Source: Polyangia bacterium (GTDB lineage: Bacteria > Myxococcota_A > Polyangia > Nannocystales > Nannocystaceae). Taken from it: 47,224 nucleotides of DNA. A program made the translations under genes and the position numbers. Positions 37,696 through 45,494 of this stretch are shown here, in pieces; position 1 is the stretch's first letter, and each line of letters starts with the position of its first letter. The stretch is from assembly GCA_030430565.1 (NCBI GenBank), contig JAUIKS010000008.1:1-47224 (forward strand), given 5' to 3'. The notes under the pieces were generated by a model. The model ran no database searches. It was not told the DNA's origin and saw only the letters and a program-made list of their open reading frames with translations.

Positions 37696-38766
37696 ATGAT
37701 CCCCGTGGCAGATGCCCCCGCGCCCGCGCTCTCGATCCCGCTCCGCGGGGCGCTCCTCGTCCTCGCGCTCGCGGCCTGCGGACCGGAGGACGGCGGGACT
37801 GAGACTGACACCGACACCGACGCAGACACAGACACCGACGGGAGCGCCGAGCCCGATCCCTGCGCGGAGGATCCCGCGCTCGGGGTCGTCCTCGCCTGCG
37901 ATCTCGAGTTCGCGGAGGAGCTGCTGACGAACGGCGAGCAGGTGATGTGGAACCTCGGCTCGTCCGCGAGCCTCGGCGGCGGCGTGTACTCGATGCCGGT
38001 GACCGGGGGCGAGCCGACGCGGATCACCAACGCGCCCGGCAACGACGTGGTCAGCCACGCCGCGCTCGACGGCGACGAGCTGGTGTGGCTCGCGGGCTTC
38101 GGCTCGGCCGAGCTGCGGCGGACGACCGTGAGCACCGGCGTGACCTACAACTTCGGCTTCGTCGGCCTCACGGACACGTACACCTTCGCTATGGACGAGG
38201 AGCACGCGTACCTGCCGAACCGCGCGATGAACCTGATCGAGCGCGTGCCTCGGGGGGGCGGCCCGCGCGAGACCGTCGTCAGCGGCATCAACCTGTTCGG
38301 CGGTGACACCCGCCTCGCGGTCGTCGATGACTCGCTGTTTTGGACCGGGCTCGACGAGGACGGACAGACGACGCTGTACCGCCGCGAGCTCGCCGGCGAC
38401 GCGCTCGAGGTCATCGCGAGCGGCGGCATCGTCCGGGACATCGCCGCCTTCGCCGGGCACGCGGGCTACCTCTACTGGTCGCGGAGCCCGACGATCTCGG
38501 AGGGCGCGCTGATCCTCCGGGTGCCGAGCGCGGGCGGCGAGTTCGAAGTCCTGCACGAATTCAACGGCAGCATCTCACGCGCGCTGGCCTTCGACGCGAG
38601 CCACATGTACTGGATATCGGGGAACGAGCTGACGCGGATGCCGCTCGCCGGCGGCGCGGCCTTGGTCCTCGCCGAGAAAGACGTCTTCGGCCCGAGCGCG
38701 ATCGCGGTCGACGCGACCCACATCTACTGGCGGACCGGCGCGGCGCTGCGGCGGCTGGCGAAATAG
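37696..38766 (+). CDS. Lipoprotein with a (TD)n linker and a YWTD-like beta-propeller
   Basis: ATG at 37696. LVLALAAC lipobox. TETDTDTDADTDTD linker. Repeated blades ending in aromatic-W motifs (DSLFWTGL, GYLYWSRS, SHMYWISG, THIYWRTG). Confidence 0.6.
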   Translation: MIPVADAPAPALSIPLRGALLVLALAACGPEDGGTETDTDTDADTDTDGSAEPDPCAEDPALGVVLACDLEFAEELLTNGEQVMWNLGSSASLGGGVYSMPVTGGEPTRITNAPGNDVVSHAALDGDELVWLAGFGSAELRRTTVSTGVTYNFGFVGLTDTYTFAMDEEHAYLPNRAMNLIERVPRGGGPRETVVSGINLFGGDTRLAVVDDSLFWTGLDEDGQTTLYRRELAGDALEVIASGGIVRDIAAFAGHAGYLYWSRSPTISEGALILRVPSAGGEFEVLHEFNGSISRALAFDASHMYWISGNELTRMPLAGGAALVLAEKDVFGPSAIAVDATHIYWRTGAALRRLAK

Positions 38767-38827
38767 CGCGACGTCGGGCGGTCGACAGCGCGACGCGGTC
38801 CCGCGGGCGCGCGCTATCATCACGCCA

Positions 38828-39241
38828 ATGGGTGACGAGAAAGCCAAGCGTCGCGCGGCCTCACTCCTGCTGGGCGTCGCCGTGGGCGCCGGCGCGGCCT
38901 CCGTCGCGAGCGCCGAGACGACGACCGCCGGGCCGACCGAGACGGGCGACACCGACACCGACACCGACACCGACGCGCTGACAGACAGCGACGGCCCGAT
39001 CACGCCGTGCCTCGACGTCGCCGTGTGCCTGTGTCAGTGCAGCGATCGCGAGGAGCCGCTGCCGACCGTCGCTTGGTTCGCGCTCCCGGCCCTGATGATC
39101 GCGCGCCGACGTCGAACGCGCGCGAGCGTGCTCGATCGTCTCTCGGCGCGCGGCGCCCTGCCCCGCGACGTGCTCACGCGCCTGCGCGCGCGCGCGGACG
39201 ACGACGCGCCGGACGACGACACCCCCGCGCGCGGCGGCTGA
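38828..39241 (+). CDS. Small secreted protein with a (TD)n linker and an internal MYXO-CTERM-like segment
   Basis: Sec signal LLLGVAVGAGAASVASA. TGDTDTDTDTDALTD. PCLDVAVCLCQCSD...VAWFALPALMIARRRRTRAS. About 40 residues follow the Arg cluster, which is atypical. Ends 10 nt before the EF-Tu-like gene. Confidence 0.35.
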   Translation: MGDEKAKRRAASLLLGVAVGAGAASVASAETTTAGPTETGDTDTDTDTDALTDSDGPITPCLDVAVCLCQCSDREEPLPTVAWFALPALMIARRRRTRASVLDRLSARGALPRDVLTRLRARADDDAPDDDTPARGG

Positions 39242-39250
39242 GGATCGGCG

Positions 39251-40465
39251 ATGGCCTTCCGCCCGTTCACGCGTGAGCCCATCACCTTGCCGGGGCGCGC
39301 GGCGCTGCCCGCCGTCTCGCTCGCGCTCGTCGGAGACACCGGCGCGGGGAAGACGACCCTACTCGTGGCCCTGACCCACGCGCTCGCGCGCCGCGGCTGG
39401 GCGCCGCGCGCCGACTTTGACCAGCTCGACGTGACGCCCTACGAGCACGAGCGTGGGAGCTCGATCACGCTCTCGCACGTGCGCGCGCGCTCGGAGCGGC
39501 GCCGGCTCGTCTGGATCGACTGCCCCGGTCACTCCGCGTTAACGCGCAACGCCTACAACGGGATCGCGCAGGCGGACCAGGGCGTGCTCGTGGTCGCCGC
39601 CGATCAGGGCCTGATGCCGCAGTCGCGCGAGCACGTGCGGCTCGCGGCGCATCTCGGCGTCTCCGACTGGGTCGTGTACATCAGCAAGCTCGACGCCGCA
39701 GGCGTGAACGAGGAGCTGCTCGAGCTCTCGGAGCTCGAGGTCCGGGAGTTCTTTAACAGCCTCGAGCTCGAGGGCGACGGGCTGACGATCCTGCGCGGCG
39801 CGCCTCGGGCCGCGCTCGAGTCCGGGCTGAAGACGCACGCCGACTCGCTGTGGGCGCTGCTCGACGCCGTCGACTCGCTCCCGCTGCCGCGCCGCGATGT
39901 CGACGCGCCGCTGCTGATGCCCGTCGCCGACACCTTCTCGCGCTACCGCCCGCGCGCGGTGATCGTCACCGGAAAGCTGGCGCGCGGCGCGGTCGAGCTG
40001 GGCGAGTCGATCGAGCTGCTGGGCTACGGCGAGCGCTGGCGCGGGGAGGTCACGAGCCTGCACCGCGAGCGCGTGCCCGCGACGCGCGCGACGGCCGGTG
40101 ACCACGCGGGCCTGCTGCTCGAGGGGCGCACGGTCTGGAACACGCGGCGTGGGCACGTCGTGGCGGCGCCTGAGAGCGTGACCCCGCGCGACACGCTCCG
40201 CGCGGAGCTGCGGATGTTGACGACCGCCGAGGGCGGCTACGGCCACGCGGTGTTCCGCGGCTTTCGCCCGCAGCTGCACGTGCACACCGCCGACGTGGCG
40301 ACGCGCCTCGACGCCGCGCGCGACCGCGACTTCATGTTCTCGCCCGGCGAGCCCGCGCGCGTCGTGCTGGAGCTGCAGCACCCCATCGTGGCCCTCGCGG
40401 CGCAGCCGATCGTGCTGCGCGCGAGCCGAGCGACGGTCGCGCTCGGCGCGGTCGTCAACGACTAA
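39251..40465 (+). CDS. Diverged EF-Tu-like translational-GTPase paralog (three EF-Tu domains, non-canonical G1 and G4 motifs)
   Basis: Collinear with EF-Tu over the full length. GDTGAGKTTL vs GHVDHGKTTL. RADFDQLDVTPYEHERGSSITLSHV vs [24 protein letters not shown]. DCPGH conserved. VVYISKLD vs IVFLNKCD. EELLELSELEVREFF vs EELLELVEMEVRELL. LLMPVADTFS vs FLLPIEDVFS. GGYGHAVFRGFRPQLHVHTADV vs [22 protein letters not shown]. GAGGA 7 nt upstream of the ATG. Confidence 0.8.
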   Translation: MAFRPFTREPITLPGRAALPAVSLALVGDTGAGKTTLLVALTHALARRGWAPRADFDQLDVTPYEHERGSSITLSHVRARSERRRLVWIDCPGHSALTRNAYNGIAQADQGVLVVAADQGLMPQSREHVRLAAHLGVSDWVVYISKLDAAGVNEELLELSELEVREFFNSLELEGDGLTILRGAPRAALESGLKTHADSLWALLDAVDSLPLPRRDVDAPLLMPVADTFSRYRPRAVIVTGKLARGAVELGESIELLGYGERWRGEVTSLHRERVPATRATAGDHAGLLLEGRTVWNTRRGHVVAAPESVTPRDTLRAELRMLTTAEGGYGHAVFRGFRPQLHVHTADVATRLDAARDRDFMFSPGEPARVVLELQHPIVALAAQPIVLRASRATVALGAVVND

Positions 40466-40528
40466 ACCGCCTCCTCGCGCCCCTCGGCGCGGGACATCGA
40501 CGGCGCCGCGCCGTACACTCAGCGTGGA

Positions 40529-41749
40529 GTGTCGACCTTCACGCTCGCCTCGCTGGGCGCGTTCGCGCTCGTGGTGCTCAGCGCCGCGCTCTCGCGCGGG
40601 GTCGTCTTCGCGATCTTCGCGGCCATACTGCTGGGGGTCCACACCGCGGTCGCTACCGCGCTGTTCGGACAGGTCCCTGAAAACCTGTCTTTTGTGCCCT
40701 ACGCGCTACAGGCCGCCGTCTATCTGCACTTCGCCTCGCTCACGCGCCCGCGCATGCGCCCTTGGTGGTACCGCGCGCTGATCACCTACCCGGCGCTGTG
40801 GTTCGTGAGCGCGACCTTCCTGGCGTTCCCGTGGGCGATCGCGGCGGCCCTCGGCGCGCGCCCCTATCTCTGGTGGCTGCCCTTCGCGCTCGCGCTGCTG
40901 GGCCTGCTCGAGTCGCTGTGGACGCGCCCTGAGCGAGTGACGCTCCCGCTCGCGGGCGCGGACGCCGGGCGGTCGCTGCGCCGCGTCGAGCACGAGCTGT
41001 CGCGCCAGCGCCAGGCTGAGGCGCCCCGAGCCCCCGACGGCGCGCGACGTCTGCGGATCGTTCAGATCACGGATCCGCACCTCGGCCCGTTCATGTCCGC
41101 GCGCCGCCTGCACGCGATCTGCGAGCGCGCGGTGGCAGCGGATCCAGACCTCGTGCTGCTGACCGGCGACTTCTTCACGATGGAGTCCTCGTCGACGCCG
41201 GGCCTGCTGGCGCGATCGCTCGCGCCGCTGCGCGCGCTCGAGGGCCGCGTGTTCGCGTGCTTCGGCAACCACGATCACGAGGCGCCCAGCTTCGTGCGCG
41301 CCGGCCTGGACGAGGTGGGCGCGCGCCTGCTGGTCGACGAGGCGGCGGTGGTCGAGACGTCCGCGGGGCCGGTGCAGCTGCTCGGCTTTGACTTCGCGTG
41401 GCGCGACCGCGCGGCCCGGATGAAGGAGGTCTGCGCCCGCGCCCCGCGGCTCGCGGGCGCGCTGCGCCTCGCGCTGCTGCACGACCCGGGCGCGTTTCGA
41501 CACCTGCCCGAAGGGCAAGCTGACTTGGTGCTCTCGGGGCACACGCACGGCGGGCACGTCGGCCTCGTCAGCCTCGGGCTGCCGTGGACCTTCATCGGCG
41601 CCGTCTCGAGCGTGCCCGACTTCGGGCTGTGGGCGCGCGGTCGCGACCGGCTCTACGTGCACCGCGGCACAGGCCACTACGGCTACCCGCTCCGCCTCGG
41701 CGTCCCGGCCGAGGAGAGCGTGCTCGAGCTCGAGCTGCCCGCGGCCTGA
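40529..41749 (+). CDS. Membrane-anchored metallophosphoesterase (calcineurin-like phosphoesterase, YaeI/YkuE-like)
   Basis: About 130-aa N-terminal region with 4-5 TM helices. Then IVQITDPHLG, LTGDFF, CFGNHDHE, LSGHTHGGH phosphoesterase motifs. GTG start 64 nt after the EF-Tu-like gene. Confidence 0.75.
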   Translation: MSTFTLASLGAFALVVLSAALSRGVVFAIFAAILLGVHTAVATALFGQVPENLSFVPYALQAAVYLHFASLTRPRMRPWWYRALITYPALWFVSATFLAFPWAIAAALGARPYLWWLPFALALLGLLESLWTRPERVTLPLAGADAGRSLRRVEHELSRQRQAEAPRAPDGARRLRIVQITDPHLGPFMSARRLHAICERAVAADPDLVLLTGDFFTMESSSTPGLLARSLAPLRALEGRVFACFGNHDHEAPSFVRAGLDEVGARLLVDEAAVVETSAGPVQLLGFDFAWRDRAARMKEVCARAPRLAGALRLALLHDPGAFRHLPEGQADLVLSGHTHGGHVGLVSLGLPWTFIGAVSSVPDFGLWARGRDRLYVHRGTGHYGYPLRLGVPAEESVLELELPAA

Positions 41750-41838
41750 TCGACGCGCGCCAGCGCGCGCGCCACCGGATCTCCGAGACAGGTCGCGAGC
41801 CGGCCAACCGGACCGGATTTCCGCTACGATCCGCAGCG

Positions 41839-42951
41839 ATGGCGCGGGACCGGCGGTGGATCTGGGTAGTGGTGTTCGGCGCGGCGTCCACCGCCGGCTG
41901 CTTCATCGACGCCGGCTCGAGCTCGGGCGACGCGACCTCGGCGACGAGCGACGCGGAGGAGAGCGTGGGGGCCTCGACCTCCTCGGGCGCGACCGCGGTC
42001 ACGACCGCGCCCGGCACCTCCGCGACGACGAGCTCCGGCTCGTCGGGGTCGAACCTCACGAGCTCGACGAGCTCGAGCGACACCTGCCAGGGCGTCCCCG
42101 AGTGCCAGCCGGGGGCCACCCAGTCCGGTGAGGCCTGCGGGGGGTGCAGCGTCGATCAGCGCGTATGCGGCGAGGACTGCACGTGGGGCCCGTGGGCCTG
42201 CGTCGCCGACGAGAGCGCCTGCGCGGTGTGGATCCTCCGCGACGGCGCGCGCGAGTGGGACGCGCGGCCGATCGAGCTCAACGGCGCCGCGCTCAACACC
42301 CCGGACGACCCGATCCAGGCGGCCTTCAACCTCGAGCTCGGCAGCACCGCCTTCGTGCTCACCGAGAAGGAGTACCACGGGCTCGACCTCGAGAGCCTCA
42401 CCTGGAACGCGCGAGGCGACCGTGAGGACATGTTTGATCAGGCGACCGAGCAGAACCTCGAGGGCGCGGTCTCGATCAACACGGGGCAGTCCCTGGGCGA
42501 GCCGCCGACGAGCGCCGAGCGGATCGTGCTCTACAGCGACGAGGACTACTGGGTCTTCCTCCTGGAGGTCAACGAGCTGATCGCGGAGTTCGTCGAGGAG
42601 GGGCCGTGCTGCGGCGACACGAACGACTGGCTCGGCCCGCTCGCGCCGGATCCGGCGGACATGCGCGCTATATGGCTGGACATGATCGGCAACCCGGCGT
42701 GGAACCCCATCAACCTGGTCAATTGCCCGCCGCTGATGGACGGGACGCCGCTGACGAGCTACGCCGGCTACGCGGTCATCGACGACACCGTTCGCCTGCG
42801 GGAGTACTCGGGCTGCGGGCAGTTCGTCGGCAGCTTCGGGTACGCGGAGTACGCTCCGTTCACGTACCCGAACCGCCCGCCCGCCCCGGAGGAGCTGGGC
42901 GCGGCGCTGTTCCACGACGGCGATCTGTACGTGTTCAAGTCCGATATCTGA
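41839..42951 (+). CDS. Hypothetical secreted lipoprotein with an N-terminal Cys-rich module
   Basis: ATG at 41839. WIWVVVFGAASTAGC lipobox. S/T-rich linker. CQGVPECQPGATQSGEACGGCSVDQRVCGEDCTWGPWAC. Confidence 0.55.
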   Translation: MARDRRWIWVVVFGAASTAGCFIDAGSSSGDATSATSDAEESVGASTSSGATAVTTAPGTSATTSSGSSGSNLTSSTSSSDTCQGVPECQPGATQSGEACGGCSVDQRVCGEDCTWGPWACVADESACAVWILRDGAREWDARPIELNGAALNTPDDPIQAAFNLELGSTAFVLTEKEYHGLDLESLTWNARGDREDMFDQATEQNLEGAVSINTGQSLGEPPTSAERIVLYSDEDYWVFLLEVNELIAEFVEEGPCCGDTNDWLGPLAPDPADMRAIWLDMIGNPAWNPINLVNCPPLMDGTPLTSYAGYAVIDDTVRLREYSGCGQFVGSFGYAEYAPFTYPNRPPAPEELGAALFHDGDLYVFKSDI

Positions 42952-42987
42952 GCGCCAGGTGGGCTGAGCTCAGCCCGCGCCCGACCG

Positions 42988-43003
42988 TGGCACACCGCTT
43001 GCT
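42988..43003 (+). promoter_or_regulatory. Candidate sigma-54 (-24/-12) promoter upstream of hemG
   Basis: TGGCACaccgcTTGC matches TGGCAC-N5-TTGC exactly, with the GG and GC dinucleotides 12 nt apart. Lies about 90 nt upstream of the hemG ATG. A 16-bp perfect palindrome gggctgagctcagccc at 42961..42976 sits 12 nt upstream. Confidence 0.4.
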
Positions 43004-43093
43004 TTTACTGCGGGCGTGACCGACACGGAGCGCCCGCCCGAGGTCACCTCGTGGGCGCGAGAACTCGCGACCCGGGTACGTCGAGGAGCCACC

Positions 43094-43705
43094 ATGAAGC
43101 CGATACTCATCCTGTACGCGACCCGCGAGGGTCACACCAAGAAGGTCTGTGAGCACATCCGCGAGAGCCTGCGCGCCCGCGCCCACGCCGTCGAGCTGCG
43201 AGACGTCCGCGAGCTACCCCGCGAGTTCGCGCTCGATCGCTACGCGGCCGTGATCCTCGGCGCGTCGGTTCACCTCGGCCGCCACGAGGGCGCGATGGTC
43301 AAGTTCGTCACCCGCGCGCGCGCGCAGCTCGAGCCGCTCCCGACCGCGCTGCTCACCGTATGCCTGACGGAGGCGACGATCGAGGACGAGCGCAAGCCCG
43401 CGGAGGTCCGGCGGCAGGCGAGCGAGGACCTCGCGGGGATCATGGAGCGCTTCTACGAGACCACCGGGTGGCACCCCGACCGCGCCGCGCCGGTCGCGGG
43501 CGCGCTGATGTACCGCGAGTACGGCCTCGTCGTCCGTTGGATGATGCGACGGATCGCGCGCTCGACCAGCGGCGACACCGACACCTCGCGCAACCACGTC
43601 TACACCAACTGGGACGCGCTCGACCACTTCGTCGAGGACTTCATCCAGCGCTTCGTCCAGACCCTCGAGCCCGCGAGCGCGGCGAGCGTGAACACGGCGC
43701 CGTGA
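43094..43705 (+). CDS. hemG: Flavodoxin-like protoporphyrinogen IX dehydrogenase (menaquinone-dependent), HemG family
   Basis: MKPILILYATREGHTKKV flavodoxin start with GAGGAG at a 5-nt spacer. LMYREYGLVVRWMMRRIA and GDTDTSRNHVYTNWDALDHFVEDF match the HemG-specific insertion (G-ETDT-S-K-x-VYTDW). Confidence 0.75.
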   Translation: MKPILILYATREGHTKKVCEHIRESLRARAHAVELRDVRELPREFALDRYAAVILGASVHLGRHEGAMVKFVTRARAQLEPLPTALLTVCLTEATIEDERKPAEVRRQASEDLAGIMERFYETTGWHPDRAAPVAGALMYREYGLVVRWMMRRIARSTSGDTDTSRNHVYTNWDALDHFVEDFIQRFVQTLEPASAASVNTAP

Positions 43706-43927
43706 AAGGTTCCCCTCGGGAGGGGAAAACCCCCGACCCCGCGCGACCCTCCGATCGAAATTAACACGGTCCCGCGCCCGATTTATCGCGTGAACGACGA
43801 GCGCGCGCGAGGTCCTGCGCGACATGTTCTGTGGGACAATGACGCGATGCGGCGCGCTCGAGGCCGAGGACCTCGAGGGCCGCTCCCGACGAGCGCGGCG
43901 CCCTCGCCACGATCACCCTCACCGCCA

Positions 43928-44752
43928 ATGTTCGCCTACAGCCACAATTTCGCCAGGGTCACCGCGCGGCGCGGAGGCCTCGTCTCGCTGAAGTTCGAGC
44001 TCGACCGGGCCCGCTGGCCGTGGCTCTCGCTGCCGCCGCAGCACCCGGTGCTGCTCGAGAAGTACCAGTACTTCGCGACCATGACCGCCGTGATGGCGCA
44101 GCCCGACTACGACCCCTCGCGCTCCACCGCGCTGACCCACTTCTCGTGGAGCTGCCCGCCGCTGCGCGACCCCGCCCACGCGACCGACGCGTGGTGCCAG
44201 CTCGAGGATGGCCGCTTCACCGGGGAGCTGCGCGCGGCCGACGCGGTCGTCGCTCGCTTCGCTGGCCTCGGGCACTACTTCGACGATCGCGACTTCGTCG
44301 CGTGGCGCGAGCGCGCCCGCGCCAAGGTCCTGGCGCGGGAGCCTGGGCGCCCGCTGGAGTACGCCTCGCCCGAGGCGGTCGGCCTCGACGCCGCGGGCGT
44401 GAGCTTCGTCGGTCCGCTCGCCCTGCGCGACGGCGTCCCCGCCGCGCCCGCGCTCGTGACCCGCGCCCGCGGCCTCGCGCCCGCGCACCCGTTTCACACG
44501 GGCAGCGGCGACCACGTCAACGCCGGGCACCTGTTCGACTGCGCGCTCCAGGCGGCGCACCTCGTGCTCGCGCGGCCGCTTACCTGCATCGGAGGACAGG
44601 CGTCGTTCACCCGCTTCGTCGAGCTCGACGCGCGCTTCGAGCTCCGCGTCACCCAGTCGACGCGCGAAGACCCCACCCCGCAGGCCCGCTTCGCGGTCAT
44701 CCAGCAGGGTCGAGACTGCGCCCAGCTCAGCCTGGGCTTCGCGCCGGGATAG
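43928..44752 (+). CDS. Double hotdog-fold protein resembling AfsA-type (gamma-butyrolactone/butenolide synthase family) domains
   Basis: Second half HPFHTGSGDHVNAGHLFDCALQAAHLVL...ASFTRFVELDARFELRV resembles the AfsA repeat (DHvPGMlllEAaRQa...f.rfvEld.p). The first half has a similar architecture. Start chosen at MFAYSHNF; the upstream part of ORF 43790.. is R/P-rich. Confidence 0.45.
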   Translation: MFAYSHNFARVTARRGGLVSLKFELDRARWPWLSLPPQHPVLLEKYQYFATMTAVMAQPDYDPSRSTALTHFSWSCPPLRDPAHATDAWCQLEDGRFTGELRAADAVVARFAGLGHYFDDRDFVAWRERARAKVLAREPGRPLEYASPEAVGLDAAGVSFVGPLALRDGVPAAPALVTRARGLAPAHPFHTGSGDHVNAGHLFDCALQAAHLVLARPLTCIGGQASFTRFVELDARFELRVTQSTREDPTPQARFAVIQQGRDCAQLSLGFAPG

Positions 44753-44777
44753 CAGCGAGCACGAGGATCCGCGCGAA

Positions 44778-45383
44778 ATGAATCACCCGAGGAACAACCA
44801 TCGGAACGCAGACCGCCGGAGCACAGGCGGGAGGACCACCCTGTGGCAGGGGACGTCAGTCGTGTTGCGGGCGATCACAGAGGAGGACATCCCTCGCTTT
44901 CTGTCTGATGGCGTCGTCGATGACATGCGACTCTACGGAGATGGATACGTCCCCTTCCCGGTGACCGACGACGTACGCCGCGAGCTGCTGCTGCGCAGCA
45001 CTCGTCCACCGGAGGGCGACGAGTGTTCGCTCGCGATCGAGGCGGCGGGTGAGCTCGTCGGCTCCATCAGCACCGACAGCTGCGATCCCCGGAGTGGTTC
45101 GCTCTGGTATGGCGTCGCCATATTTCGCGAGCATCGTCGCCGCGGCTACGCCATCGACGCGGTCACGGTCCTGCTGCGATACTTCTTTCAGGAGCGACGC
45201 TATCACCGAGCCGGCGCGCGGGTTTACAGCTTCAATGAGCCCTCGATCAACCTGCAGGCCCGTCTCGGGTTTCGTGAGGAGGGCCGGCTGCGTGACGCGG
45301 TCTTCACCATGGGCGCGCGCTTCGACGTGCTTCTGTACGGCATGACCTCGGCTGAGTTCGACGAGCGCTGGGGCTCGCGCTGA
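44778..45383 (+). CDS. GNAT-family N-acetyltransferase (RimJ/RimL-like)
   Basis: VVLRAITEEDIPRFL..., SLAIEAAGELVGSIS..., FREHRRRGYAIDAV..., NEPSINLQARLGFREEG. An alternative GTG start at 44862 would remove an odd 28-aa N-terminus. Confidence 0.7.
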   Translation: MNHPRNNHRNADRRSTGGRTTLWQGTSVVLRAITEEDIPRFLSDGVVDDMRLYGDGYVPFPVTDDVRRELLLRSTRPPEGDECSLAIEAAGELVGSISTDSCDPRSGSLWYGVAIFREHRRRGYAIDAVTVLLRYFFQERRYHRAGARVYSFNEPSINLQARLGFREEGRLRDAVFTMGARFDVLLYGMTSAEFDERWGSR

Positions 45384-45494
45384 GCGCCCTCCTATCGACC
45401 GAGCGCCCCCTCGACAAGCCGCGCGCGATCGCGTCGTGGCCGGAGCGCGTCCGCGGGCTCTTGGCGCGCGGGCAGCGGCGACAGAGGTCGATCG

